From positions 784,394-848,393 of the forward strand of contig NMRA01000049.1 in NCBI GenBank assembly GCA_002633005.1: DNA of 64,000 nt, written 5' to 3'. Source of the stretch: Phoronis australis. Its lineage: Eukaryota; Animalia; Phoronida. Position 1 is the first letter of the stretch. The number at the start of each line of letters is the position of its first letter. Below are positions 1 through 13,500 of the stretch, in pieces. Both the position numbers and the translations under genes were made by a program. A model generated the notes under the pieces. That model was given only the letters and a program-made list of their open reading frames with translations, was not told the origin of the DNA and did no database searches.

Positions 1-3000
1 ATGATTGCGAGTACTTTGAGTACCCCCGTTCGACATGTACACGGTCATCAGAAATCGTAGCCCCGACAGTCTATTCGACATTTGCTAATTCCGTACAGAT
101 AACCCCTAGTACCTAACTGTCTTCATAAGAAATAATATTCTTTTGATACTATGGGAAAAAAATTCCATTATTTTATAAATAACCATCGGAAATAGTCATT
201 TTTTGTGTAATTCACATATTGTGGTCTTCACGTTCTTCAAAATTCCACCTTTTCAATCAAGGTCAATCGTATTGTATTTTTCACACTTTTGGATGTTTGA
301 GTGGAATGTCTTGATGCTGCTATGCTATGCTGTGCACGAATGGTTTGTGCTTTTAATGAATTTGGTACCTCAACTTCCCCTCGCAAATACTTGGCAGTGT
401 AGGATTTACATGTATAGAGCGACAAAGGGACAATACCCCCAAACTGCCTCACTTGGAGAGGGTCCCGTCTGAAATGGGACACTTTAAAATGAAAGGCTAA
501 ACATCACTAAGCTTGGAAAAGAGTGACAGTTCATTCCATCGTCGTGTGACCCTGCAAGTAAGGACCTTCATCAACATGAAAGCCAGTTGTACAATTTACA
601 AATAACAGGAAAATAGAGGTTATCGATTCCAACATTGGGCCTTCTCTCCGTGAGCGGTCCCTGAAGATTTTGTCAACAAAATCACGAAAAGGGTGGCCAC
701 TTGAATGACATCAATGGTCCTCTTCAAGGGATGGGCCACTGAATATGAAAAGAAATATATTTTAAAGATCAGAAAATGCACAGCAGTTGGTGTTATACAT
801 GTATGTGGGGTCATCAATTTTTCTCAAGTGATAAACAATTTCGAGAAAAACAACCAAAAAGTAGAGCGACAGATGTCTCGGTTATGCCTTGCCAGAGAGG
901 AGCCTGTGGAAAAATATAGTTTTGCATTCGCAAAATTGTCTTATTGAATTTGAAATTTTCTCGATTTTTCAAATTACTAATGTGAATTACTAAGTGCACG
1001 TTTTCAAGTGAGTTTAGACGACGTATGCTGCACAAACGGAGACCCTAACAACAACGTCTTGGTTAGGGCCCTCAAAGGCTAAACCATGCACTCATACTGA
1101 GTTGTGAAACGCTCTCTTGAATTTTCTCCATTATCCGTGTTCGTAATCTCTGTTTTCTCGAATGTCCGCGGACCCACGCCTATGTCTATTGGCACGGTTC
1201 AACTGTGACGTCTGCAATTTTTTGGGGGCACGTGCCCCCCAGCTGCCCGCTTTCTACTACCCTGAAATGCCACTGCAACCTGAATTTTCACTGATGATTG
1301 TATTTCAATAAAACAGCACAAAAGGGCCAATTAATATATAAAGATGTATAATTTTGGATGAATGCCTGACTAAATTCATGACAGCAACTAAGAGGGATCC
1401 ATTTTCTAAAATATTTCCCTATCTTAAACAAATCTTTTGAGTCATTGAAACTATTCTCCTGGTGGTTAATTAATCATTTATACAACGGTCTTGTTCAGTT
1501 CCTTTTCATGACTACTGCACCCTAAACAATTGACATTACATTTGAATAGTCGACTAATTAGATAATTAGCCAGTTGTATAGTACATAAATGGTTTCATTA
1601 TAAACAGTATTTTTCGTTACATTTTGGTAATCATCAGGAGCTGATGACGAGCTTTCAAATGATACGAGATTTATGCAATTCGGTTGAAAAACGACGGAGT
1701 GGCGAAAAGATTTCGTGATAGTAAAGAAGGTTACATTTTCCCATTGGCCTAGTATTTGAATATATATTTGTTAATATTTATCCTAGGTACATTATTTTGG
1801 TATTATGTTAGAGCTCAGGTGGTGACAGACCAGGTGGACATATTTCAAGAAAAATGTAATTTACGAAATTGTTGTAGTACGTCTAGATAATTTTACTAAA
1901 CCCTTACCAGCTAGGAAGCGATAGTACCCACTGCCGGCTTCCGGAATCGCGTAATCGCAAGCACATGTTTCTACGTTTGACATTGTTGGAGGTCATTACG
2001 CAGCAAAATATTCCAAAATTACAGATGGACTTTGTTCGGAAGAAGTTTTTGAACAGTTCTAAACCTAGTTCTTTTGTTTTAAACAAACATTTCAATGTAA
2101 GCCCCATATTCTATAACAAGAACCAACCCAAGAATGAACGAATGCACATGAGTCCCACGCATGCGCAGTGTAACCTCAGCCACCCGAGATCAAAGTTGGC
2201 ATTCCATGTCTTAAGTTCTATGCTTCCATGAAGCTTAGTTACATGGTATCTAGAACGCGATCGACCAAGTTGCTAACTGGTCAATCGGCGCGTTTGAAAA
2301 TTAGTGGGTAAGTCACCAAATGTCGCGCTTGGCATTGTGAGAATAACTGAATAGTACAAAAAGCGTAAAACATACTCCAGACCGCCTTTGGGCCTGGCTG
2401 CTTCCTCTTGAACAGTTACGAAAACTACCATTTGATATTCCGTTTCCGTGTTTCGTTTTTTAATACATTTATTGACGAAACAGTAAATATGGAGAGACTA
2501 GTCTGAGATTGGGAGCCTAAGATTCAGCCTTTACAAAACAGTAAAACAGTATTCAGTATAAAAGGATCAATAAATAGAATTTAGCAGGGAAGAGGGGACG
2601 GGGGAAGGACATACATGCACCTTTCATACACAAATTCACGCCGTACTTATATGATAAACGAGTTTAAAATTAATAGGCTTACATGTACATACAATGAAAA
2701 CATAAACACAGGTATATCCTCAAACACATATAAAAATAAATTGGAAAACGGACAATCACGGCACAATCAAAAAGTTCATATTGTTTCAACGTTTCGTCTA
2801 TTCGTTAGTCTCGATTTGTTTCTTTTTCGTTTCACGTCTGGTCAGAATGAATTCTGGTTATAATTTTGTTTCATCATGTGTTGCCAAATTGGCCATGTTG
2901 TGCTGCGCGGTAACATGTTTTAGTCGAAGAAAAACGTTGATTCGAAGCCCTTACAAGGACATTTTCAAATCTGGAGATGGGAATAACGCTGTTAACAGAC

Positions 3001-4364
3001 TTGGTCAAGATACGTTATGGTGTCGTTAGTTCCATCACAGCTACATCGTTAGCTGTGTTCTCACCCCATCATTGTTGGTAGAAATGTCACAATTAGAGAT
3101 GAATTGGCGTAGTGTAAAACTCACTGGTTGAAAAGATAAGTTAAGTTGGTGACAGATTTTAAACGAGAATGCCGCCCGGTTTAATTAGTCTTTTTACCGT
3201 CTTAAATGAGCATGCCACCCAAAATCAACCTAATTTGTATCAATTTAGATCGAGTAGTTCTACTCCATAGCGACACGTACGGTTACGTTACCTGACACCT
3301 GACGGCAGACAGGGGTGTTGAAATTATCCAATGACGTCATCGGTTTCACTCGGGTTACTGGTGTCAGCTTATCGCATGAAGTCATCGTTTAACACCAATA
3401 AATCATCAAACTTCGATGTAAAACCCTTAAAAATACACCGAGTTATTATTAAAACGTGTTGTTTTATTTCGGTCTTATGGATTTAAAGGTATTTGGACAC
3501 ACCGTAGCCTACAAAGTTCGGCAGGCCAATGAGGTCCATAGCAGGAGTTTGGAGTGTGTTCGGAGATAATTTCGAAATATTTTCTGTGAGATACAGACAG
3601 GAGAACCTATATCTGTGTTGTTCAGACTTGTGATTTTTTTAGTTCTAAACACAAAACGCTTGTGATCCTGGCCAGTGGCTCGGAGCCCGATCAGGCCCGT
3701 TCCGGCCGGCTGCACTGACTGGTCATCCCGGCCAGTGGCTCGGAAAATGATCAAACATCACGAACATAAACCAGCCAAAGCTCAGTGGAAACTAAACTTC
3801 CAGTCAAGAAAAAACTATAATAGTGAGCCAAAGTAATGTGCACCTGATTATGTTGGTGAATTAGCCACGAAACTGCAAATCTGCTTACTCGTCGGGGGCC
3901 GCGAATTCGGGTTCCGCTTTGGCCACAGGGCAGAAGTTGTACAGTGACAATCATTATTTGAGTAATGTAAATGTAAATAAAGATTCCCCTAACACCTGGC
4001 CGTGGGATGGAAATCGAGTTGTTTCACAACAGTTTCTGCCAGCAAACACTAAATTAGCATGAGCTCACACGGCCTCGGTGACCCGTCAATTAGTTTTATT
4101 GCATCTAAAGTCGGTAACGCAGTGATTTATTCATTGCTGGCTTCTCAAATCATTTCAGTGCTCTCACGAAAACTCCAAAGGCATTACAAAGTGCATCTAA
4201 TGAGACAGGCTTTGTTTCAGTTTTATATAAGTATTGCTTAGGGTAAGAATAATTCATTTTGAAACAGAGCGCTCAGTGTTAAACGCCAACATGGCAACTC
4301 GCAATCCCGACTTAAGACGAGCTAGAGCTCATCAGTCCCGACTTCGCAGGTGCATCGTTAAGTT

Positions 4365-4649
4365 CTACAAGCTATCAATTCGAACAGGAATACAGCGACG
4401 AAGAAATACTAGAGAGGCGCCGTGAACAAGCACAGACAACGGAACGTATGGAGTTATTTGGTAAGCCGGCATTCGTTTCACGGCCTCATACTTGCTATTT
4501 ACATTCTTCACTACCATGAGCCACTTCCTAAGCATTACGGACTCTCGAGGAAGTAAAAAAATATACCCGCTTTCCTCGAAGCTGCTTACTTCGGACAAGC
4601 GGGAACGATGCACCGCAACATTGCTGCATTCACTCTGCATATGAACCAC
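4365..4649 (-). pseudogene. Second, more degenerate THAP copy in the left palindrome arm
   Basis: LPRESVMLRKWLMVVKNVNSKYEAVKR aligns with PEMLRRWLAVVKNERYAVNSKYENVKR of the + strand copy. Confidence 0.65.
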
Positions 4650-4903
4650 TGACGTCGCTAGCGTCGTTTCTCACCTTCCTCACAGGTTAACGCAACACCT
4701 CTTGGCGAGGTAAGGTCGACCGTATGAGAGGCGATGTGGATATAGACCGATTAAGACTGCAAAAAGACTAATTAAATCGGTAGGCATTATCCTTTAATCG
4801 GCCTATGTTCACATTGCCTCTGATAGGGTCGACCTCACCTTGCCGAGAGGTGTCGCGTTAATCTGCGAGGAAGGTGAGAAACGACGCAGCGACGTCAGAG
4901 TGA

Positions 4904-5221
4904 ATGCCACCATATTGCGGTCCATCGTTTCCGCTTGTCCGAAAAATGAAGCAGCGAAGAAAGCGGGTATATCGTTTTTTCGATTTCCAAGGGCCCGAAA
5001 TGCTTAGGAGGTGGCTTGCAGTAGTGAAGAATGAAAGGTACGCTGTTAATAGCAAGTATGAGAACGTGAAACGTCTCCGTGTCTGTGGCTGGCATTTCGT
5101 CGACAGTGATTTCTCTGACGAATTCCGGCTTACCAAAGAACTATTCATACGATCTGTCGACTGTGCATGTTCACGGCGCCTCTGTAGTATTTCTTGGTCA
5201 GTGTATTCCTGTTCGAACTGA
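4904..5221 (+). pseudogene. Degenerate THAP zinc-finger domain (frameshifted), transposon-derived
   Basis: One frame reads SACPKNEAAKKAGISFFRFP and the ORF frame reads EMLRRWLAVVK...LRVCGWHFVDSDF. Together they match the THAP C2CH signature (C..C...FP....W...VC..HF...DF). Confidence 0.75.
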
Positions 5222-7749
5222 TAGTCTGTGAAACCTAAAGATCCGAACCGTGAAGTATTCGTCTGATGAGCTCTTGACTAAGTCGGGACTGGCGCTGGGC
5301 GAGTTGCCATGTAGACGGTTATTATTCTGCGTTCTGTTTCAAAATAAATGGTTCTCATCCAAACCAATGCTTACATAACACTGAAACAAAGTCTGTCTCA
5401 TTAGATGCAATTTGTAATGCCTTTGCAGTATTCGTGAGTGCAAATTTTGAGAAGACGGCAATGAGTAAATCACTGTGTTACCGGCTTTTGATGCCGGCAA
5501 TAAAGGTGACCGGGCACCCGAGGCCGTGTGAGCGCATGCTAATTCAGTGTTTGCTGACAGAAAGCTGTTGTGAAACAATTACTCAATTTCATATGCTATG
5601 GTCACAGGGGAATGTTTATTTAGAAATACAAATACAACATGTACATTATTCAAATCATTGTTCTGTACAACCTTTGCCCTGGCGATCTGTGGAAGGGTAA
5701 CCCGCCGGACTTCGCGACCACCGTCAAGTAAGTAGATTTTCATTTTCGTGGCTAATTCACATAAATAATTACGTGCACATTATTTATTTAGCTCACTATT
5801 ATAGGTTTTTTAGTGACTGGAGGTTTATATTCCAACTCAAGCTGGTTTGTGTTCGTGCCAGTCCCGGCGGCCGCGACGGGCCTGTTCGGGCTCCGAGCTA
5901 ACACAGGTCTACGTTCTCTTGTCTGTTTTTCACGGATGAATACTACGAATTTACATGTATCTTTGAACAGACCCCAAACTCCGTCTACGGACCTTGGTAA
6001 ATTGGCCTGCCAAACTTTGTAGGCTACGGTGTGTCCAAATACCAATAAATCCGTAACAGCGAAATAAGACAAAAGTCAAATTCTTCATATAAGGGGAATG
6101 TTTTACGTTTATGTCTTGCTGTACCAAATAAGGATGTGCGTAGCTTTGTCGTGCTGGAAATGCTGACAAATTGACGAGTAGTTGACATTGAAATTTGAAA
6201 CTAAAGGAAAAATGCTTTGACATTCACAAAAATCGAACTCATTACGAACAAATAGCAAAAACACCGCTGGCGAACAGTTTTTTTTCAGTGATGGAGAAAC
6301 ACTTTGACCAATGCAATTTTGTCTGTTTTTCACATTCCATTCCGCTTTAAACAGAGAGTAAATTTCAAATCCATGTCCATTTAAATGTGATGAAAGTCTT
6401 TACATACTGTGCTTTGTGCACTGTTCTCCAAACCGCTTTTAGAAATTGTTTTTCAAATGTTCCATTTTTCCATGAGATGCTATCAGAAATGGGACTTTAT
6501 GATTTTTACAAAAAATCGAAAAGTTTATACAAAGGAAATGATTTAGAAAACTGTAACTGCGTTCTTGAGATTTCCTCGTGAACATTTATATCTTTAATAC
6601 AATTTGACATCGTTGTTTTGCTATCAATGTACCTTTTCAGAACACGCACTAATGGATTTGTCACCTTTACTTTACTCTGAAGAAAGTCTCGAGTTATTTC
6701 ACATCAAAAGCCTTACGTATGATTACAGAAACTTTAGTCTTTCTTTTATCTTAAGTACTTTCACGCTTAGTGAAATGCAAAGCAGGATAAAAAGGGTAAA
6801 ACATAAAATTGAAACTTTTCACCCTACTAGTTGTGATGCAGCGTCTTGTGTCGTACACAGCTGAAGCAGTGCCTAGCTTTGCTTAGTGCCCATGTTCACC
6901 TGCTACCGCTGTCAGACCTTGACCGTTAGCACACATCTTCAAAACTCCTGCAGTACCTCCACGCAGCAACACAAGCGCTGGTCATTGAGGAGACCATGCT
7001 GATCAATACAGGAGCGTATTGGTCCCTTGGAAGAGCGGAGGTGGTATGACGCAGCGGCGGAAGCATTTTCACTCGAACACTTGGCGTGTTAACACTTGTG
7101 TGGGATATTGCCTATTTCCAAAAAAATGTTGTAAGAGAAAAAACATTTATGCCTTGGGTAATCGCTATACTTTTCGAGAAAAAGATATCGAAGAAAGTTT
7201 ATGGAAAATCTGAACGCTGTATGCTGTGGGTCTAGACACTTACCGTCCCAATATTAATTTGATCCAACGATTTCCTAACACCGCTTTGAGCTGGTGATGT
7301 AGTAACATTGGTCAGTGGATAACTGTTTATTTTGTCTTGTGAAATTGAACAAAAAGTATTAAAATTGCTACCCGTAAATCGATAACATTATATGCAGGCA
7401 GGTTAACTCTTCTAATAACAGGAAATACACGTATGGAAAGGTTGATTAGTGACAGATATCAAAATTACAGGAGGCAATTTCTATGGTATAACAACATAAT
7501 ACGATCTAGTTAGAAAAACACAGACAACCCACATAAAAACACAGAAAGCCTATTAAGTCATTAAACTTTGAGTTTGCTAGTGTGAACCAATGTGGATACT
7601 AAATTTATTAAAAAAATATTCAGATCTAAGTTAAGTGAATACGAATCATAAAGCAAAAATGAAGCACGTTGATTATTAGGTAAGCTGAAAGAAAAAAAAA
7701 TATTAACACTATTCAAGGAGCCACGTTTGCAAACATTTGATACGTTTAG

Positions 7750-8830
7750 AAAATAGTGTTGAAACTTTTGCGAATTAAGGGGTCGTAATTGATTAAAAAC
7801 TGTTTCTTTGTTTCTGGTAATAGTTGTTTTACCAGTAGATGGCGTGGATGTATGACGTTCAGATTATAGGTATCTTTTTGACAGCAAGTTTAAGCGATTG
7901 AAAACTTCCATTCATGGACTAAATCAAGATCAGTTTGCAGACGGACAGATTGTCCAGTCTTGTCTTTGGGGTATGAATAAAAGATGCAAGCATCGCCCTC
8001 AAACAAATAACATTTACAGAGAAGTAAGTCAGATGTATCATTAATGAAATTGAGAAATACAAGTGGGCCCAGAACACTACATTGAGTCATCACGGCGTTT
8101 ATAAAACCTTGAGGGTTTTACTTGACAACACACCGTCTACTCTGACCCTAAATTAGGGACAGAAAAGATGAGATCTGATCAATCTGAGCAAAGAGCCGCT
8201 AATTCCAAACATAGTTTAATTCAATTAATATTAAGTTAATATGGGGTACAACGTCAAATGATGAAACTAAAAGACGGACCTGACATTGTTGCTTTTCAGA
8301 AACTCAGAGTGAATATTGTGGATAATTTTAATTAATTAAGAAACACTGTTTTTCCCAGACAGAAAACACAACTGCAAAGTATGCAATAGTTTGTTTTCCT
8401 GCATGTGATTGTATACAGATGAGAAAACAATTTTAGTACAACGATTAACCTAACCCTCTCAAAAAGACGTAGATAGCGCATGATGGTCTGAGTAAGCAAT
8501 AGGGTAAGGGACTTGCATAGAAGCTATGAGTGTTGCATAGTTAGCAATTCACAGATCAATCCACGATTTGGACAGACCAGAAATGATTGATTAGCTGCAG
8601 ATACTGATTAGGCAAGAGGACATCAAACAATTCAAGACCGGCTTGATTGTCAATATCATCAACTTATTAGACTTTCTTGCGTGCATTAAAATCACCATGG
8701 ATTAAATCTGGGATATCAGATCCTTCAGAGAAGAGACATATTTCCTTCTTCCAACGGGGGTTTGAGGAGACCGGTAAAAAACTCCATAACACAATTTGTT
8801 ATTTCTGACAAAGATCTCCATCCTGCAGTT
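7750..8830 (-). mobile_element. Degenerate non-LTR retrotransposon relic (CR1/L2/Jockey-like RT and APE fragments)
   Basis: 7890-8093 reads TQCSVLGPLVFLNFINDT..CYLFEGDAC..LQTDLDLVHEW, a decayed PQGSVLGPLLF..YINDL..LFADD..LQ.DL..W. Near 8680-8800, GVFYRSP and GDFNA are AP-endonuclease motifs. Confidence 0.7.
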
Positions 8831-10537
8831 TGAGAGTAGTGGATGAATGGTGTTCGTGAACGATGTCATTCTTAGCAACGGTATGAACATATACATTGAG
8901 ACCCCTTCCCAGGTTAATGTGATAGGCAATCGTTTGCCCTGAAATTCAGACATCATATTTTTCAGATCGTCGGGCGTCAAATTGCCGGACTTACATATAG
9001 TCCCAATTCAATAAATGCCGTTGACTACAGTTTGTTTTAAAATTTCAAACCTGGAAAAGTTGTTTACTCTGGTGCTGTTGATATTTGAGAGTCAGCTGTG
9101 TTTTGCTGGGTTTGGATTACACTCAGTGTCACCACAGCATGAGAGATTTGAAGTATAATACATATTAGAGGCCCTAAAACAGTTGATGGCCTGCCAGAAT
9201 AGATAATGAAGGTCATATTAACTGATGACAACTCTTCTAAAGCTCTGTTATTCCCAGTCACCGTGACACATACGCGGCGATGCAGTACGCCATACATGTA
9301 TCACCTATGGCAATTCTCAAAGAGCCAGATAATAATTACAAAAAAATGCTGCGATGAAATCGATAACCCATCTAAACATAAACATTTCAGGCAACAATAA
9401 AGCGTTGGCAAGGAATATTATGAGATCAAGTTTTGAGAGTAGAAGGTTCAATTCGAAATTCGTTTTTATCCAGGTACACAAGCGAACTGCAGGTTTAAAG
9501 AGATTCCGTGAAATACCCTAATGTCCACTAACCAAGGAGTCACCGGAAATATAATGTAGTGGTGCTTGTAACGTTTCCTTACTATAACGTGAATTTACAA
9601 TGGAAATATGGCGTACGGCATACCAAAAATCACAGCATCAAAGATCAGATACCTCTTACGTACGAAAAACAGGGTTCGAAACGGCAAAAATTCAAACTCA
9701 ATTTTTGTATTCTGGCTAATTGTACATTCTGTGGCTATTCCAAAACAATGGAATATCAATTTAGACAAGAAAATTACAAGCACCTGTTTTTGATAAAAGA
9801 ACCAGCACTACTACGCGAGTTCATGGCTTCTAGTCGGACTTACGCACTCGAGGTAAAGAACTCGAGGAAACAACATTACATCGCTGGCTCTACGGGAACT
9901 TGACAATGAAGTGCACAGTGAATGGCGAAAACAATGCTTCTTAATAAGTTATCCAATCACTATGGGAATATTGCGAGGTTTTTTGAACTCAACCTTTATT
10001 CCTCTGAACTCGGCTACGCTGGGCAGTGGATGCTGGGGTGATGTTTTATAGTAATGATTAATTGTGATTTAAATGCTGTTAAGGTTTCAATTGAAATAAT
10101 TTAAATACTTGATTATATTCTGTATTGTGGGCTAACTGATAATATCAGTGTGATCCTGATGTGGTCTTTGGGAAAGCGTAATCTATCTTGCAAGTTGTAG
10201 GATTTTTTTTTTTGGCAATTTGCAATGTTATCCAACAGAGCTCTGCTCAGACTTAACTATAGGTCACGAGATGTAATCAACATACGGCGTGGAGGAAAAC
10301 GCATTAAATTCGGACTTAAAATATATGTTTGAGGTAATAATTTGTCACAGGAGCAACTGAAACACGATGAGAATGACATAAGTGACAAACACAATGTCTG
10401 GCATAATGCGTGAAAAGATCGTTAAAACAGTGTAATGCATGCAGATTGTCCACTTTATCGTGAAATCTTCTGTACTCCTTAGGATGTCATGTGTTGAATC
10501 TATGAGCTGTATCGTTAAATACGTATTTATTGCAGGT

Positions 10538-13500
10538 ATGGCTAGCGATGATGCTAAGGTGTCTGGTCACGAGAACACTTACCATGGTGAAGTATTCGAA
10601 ATCAGCCGAGAAGATTGTTCTGTGATAGCCGACATTGTGTCACTTTTTGGCTACAGCACAGTAGAAGCATTGGTATGTATTGCATATGCAGTACTCGTCC
10701 GCTACGAAGGTGCAGACAAACCTCCTTCTATTTCATTGGCATTTGGCTCTCCTGGACAAGATAAGCATGAAACTGACAAATCTTCTAGGTGGGATAAAGA
10801 GGCAACAATCGATGAGGAATATTCAACAGCTCTTTTTCCATGTGATGTCAATGGCTCTATTTCAGACATGCTTTTGTCCCAGCGTCTCACGTTTGACAAA
10901 TGGCCTGAAGCGCAGTCGAAGTTCAACCGCAGCAGCCCCAGCGCATACATGGCTTTTGACTTTCCACGCGACTTCAACCGACGCAGTCAATCCAACCAGT
11001 ATGACGTTAAGCTCAATTTGACCCACCAGTTCACCGGAGGCTACTCCTGTTCTATGCGACAAAGCACAAAATGCTGCGGTGATCAGGTAGCGAGATTTCG
11101 AAACCATTTTCTGACACTGCTTTCGCAAGTCCACTGTTCTGAAAATATTAACCTACTCAGCACACCAATTCAAACTCTAGAAGAGAAGCGATTGATGGCT
11201 AAGTATAACGCAACTGACAAGTTTTACGAAAATAGTACATCACCTATGCACGAGCTTTTCGAAGAACAAGCTAGGCATCGTCCTGACGACGTCGCTATTT
11301 TTTGCGCTGAACAAAGTCTGACTTACAAACAACTGGATGAACAATCGACCAGGCTTAGTCATAAAATACTATGCGCCATGGGTAATGCGTTTTCAAGTCG
11401 TTTAGTTGGTATAAGCGTTGATGCATCAATAAATATGGTGATAGGTTTGTACGCCATCATGAAAGCTGGTTTTGCCTACGTACCGCTTGATCCAAGCTAC
11501 CCCGAGAAACGACTAAGTTACATGATTGAAAACTCCGAAGTCAGTCTTGTACTTGCCAACCGATCAATGGTTGATTTACTCAGGAATTGTTGCCAGACGG
11601 TGCTTTGTCTTGAGGACGTTTTGGTAGAATCTGCCGAGGAAAGGGTATTCGAAAAACAAATTGTCAACCCCGATTACTTGGCTTACGTAATATACACGTC
11701 TGGATCCACTGGGAAGCCAAAAGGTGTGATGGTGAGTCACCGAAATGCAGTCAACACTCTTCTTGACATCAACGACAGGTACTCGGTGACAGAAAGGGAC
11801 AAAATACTTTTGGTTGCGTCACTCAGCTTTGATCTATCAGTTTATGACATATTTGGCATCCTTGCTGCAGGGGGCACACTAGTCATTCCTGTTCCGGAAG
11901 TTCGCGGGGTCCCAGACCCCAAATGCTGGTTTGAAACCATGAGGAAGCACAATGTAACAATCTGGAACTCCGCACCGGCTGTTCTAAGTGTCTTAGTGGA
12001 ATTTATTCTTTCTGAAGACGATTCGCTGCCTTTTTCCTTGCGGCTATGCATTCTAAGCGGCGACAGAATACCGCTGAAGCTCCCCACCCAGTTGCAGGAT
12101 ATGGTTCCGGGAATTCAAGTCGTGAGCCAGGGAGGTGCAACCGAGGGATCAATATGGTCTATTCATTATCCGATACAAACCGTCGACGATGACTGGACGA
12201 CCATACCGTATGGCATGCCACTTTCCAATCAAAAATATTACGTTTTAGACGAATCTCTAAATCCAGTACCTACTTTAGTTAAAGGGGAATTGTTCATAGG
12301 TGGAAGAGGTGTAACCATGGGATACATAAACAATCCTAAAATTACAGAAGACCAATACTTACCCAGTCCTTTTGTTAAAGGAGAGCGAATCTATAAAACT
12401 GGTGATCTAGGCAGATTGCATTCTACAGGTTACATTGAATTCTGCGGAAGAATTGACAACCAAGTTAAAATACGTGGTTTTCGTGTTGAGCTGTCGGAAA
12501 TAGAATGGACTTTGATTAACCAAGAAGGTGTTGCTGACGTATTAGTCCTGAAAGTCCAGGAAAGGCTCGTTGCTTACATCATCTGTGACCAAAATGTTCG
12601 TCTTGTCGAAGCCGATCTGCGACAGAAAATTGCTCTTTATCTTCCGCCATACATGGTCCCTGCGTTTTTTGTATTTATGCATTCTTTTCCTGTAACTGCC
12701 AATGGGAAAGTGGATCGGCAGGCGTTGTCTGAGATAAACTTTAGGCAAAGGAAAGACGAGGACACGGACCCTTCTTTGCCTGAAAAACACAAATTAGTAA
12801 CCACACCATCCTTTACAGAGAAGGAATACCTTATAGTTCAAGCATGGAGCGAGGCGTTTAATGTAGCTTTAGATGAACTTTCGCCTTCATCATCTTTCTT
12901 TGAGGTTGGAGGGGATTCCATCTCTGCTATGACTGTTGTCTCTGCAGTGCGAAAAAAAGGTTTTCGGATATCTGTGCAGCAGGTTTTGGGTCACCCTAGG
13001 CTTTGTCATCTTGCCATGATAGCAAAACCAATTGGGAGTGTTCAAAAGAGCAGGGTCGAGGCGGATGAACATTTAACACCTGTTGTTCAACTTACTCCAG
13101 CACAAACTTGGTTTTTTAGACAAGAGTTCAAAAACCCACATTTCTGGAATCAGTCGTTCCTTGTTCAACCAAAGAAAGAAATTAAAGCTTGTCAGCTGAA
13201 GGCAGCCTTAAATCGTCTGACTGCTCAGCACGAGATGTTAAGATGTAGTTACTCTCAAACATCAGATGGTGGCTGGGTACAAAAAATTAACCATATAAAA
13301 ACTCCGTTTTTTAAAACCAAAACACTAGAGAACTTCGATGTGCTGAAAGACGAGTTGGATAACTTAAAATCTTCTTTAAACATACACAAAGGCCCACTAT
13401 TGGCAGTTGGACTGTTTAGTGTTGGCAACGTGCAGAAAATTTATGTAACCGTTCACCATCTAGTTGTTGACCTTGTTTCATGGCGTATTATCTTCGAAGA

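Larger units (their letters stand above)
3415..6110. mobile_element. Long imperfect palindrome (foldback-like DNA element) with a degenerate THAP-domain coding segment in each arm
   Basis: Left arm (e.g. 3489 GTATTTGGACACACCGTAGCCTACAAAGTT) is the reverse complement of the right arm (6013 AACTTTGTAGGCTACGGTGTGTCCAAATAC). Similarity continues inward to 4754/4794, leaving a ~40 bp spacer. Outer limits are approximate. Confidence 0.8.

Noticed and set aside
1632-1648. TCATCAG-GAG-CTGATGA hairpin containing a hammerhead core box
   Set aside because: No properly placed GAAA box or stem II; likely part of a DNA-transposon-derived repeat.
6900-7060. Possible tyrosine-recombinase (DIRS) remnant (AATQAL..., WKS)
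   Set aside because: Motifs are too short and fall in different frames.
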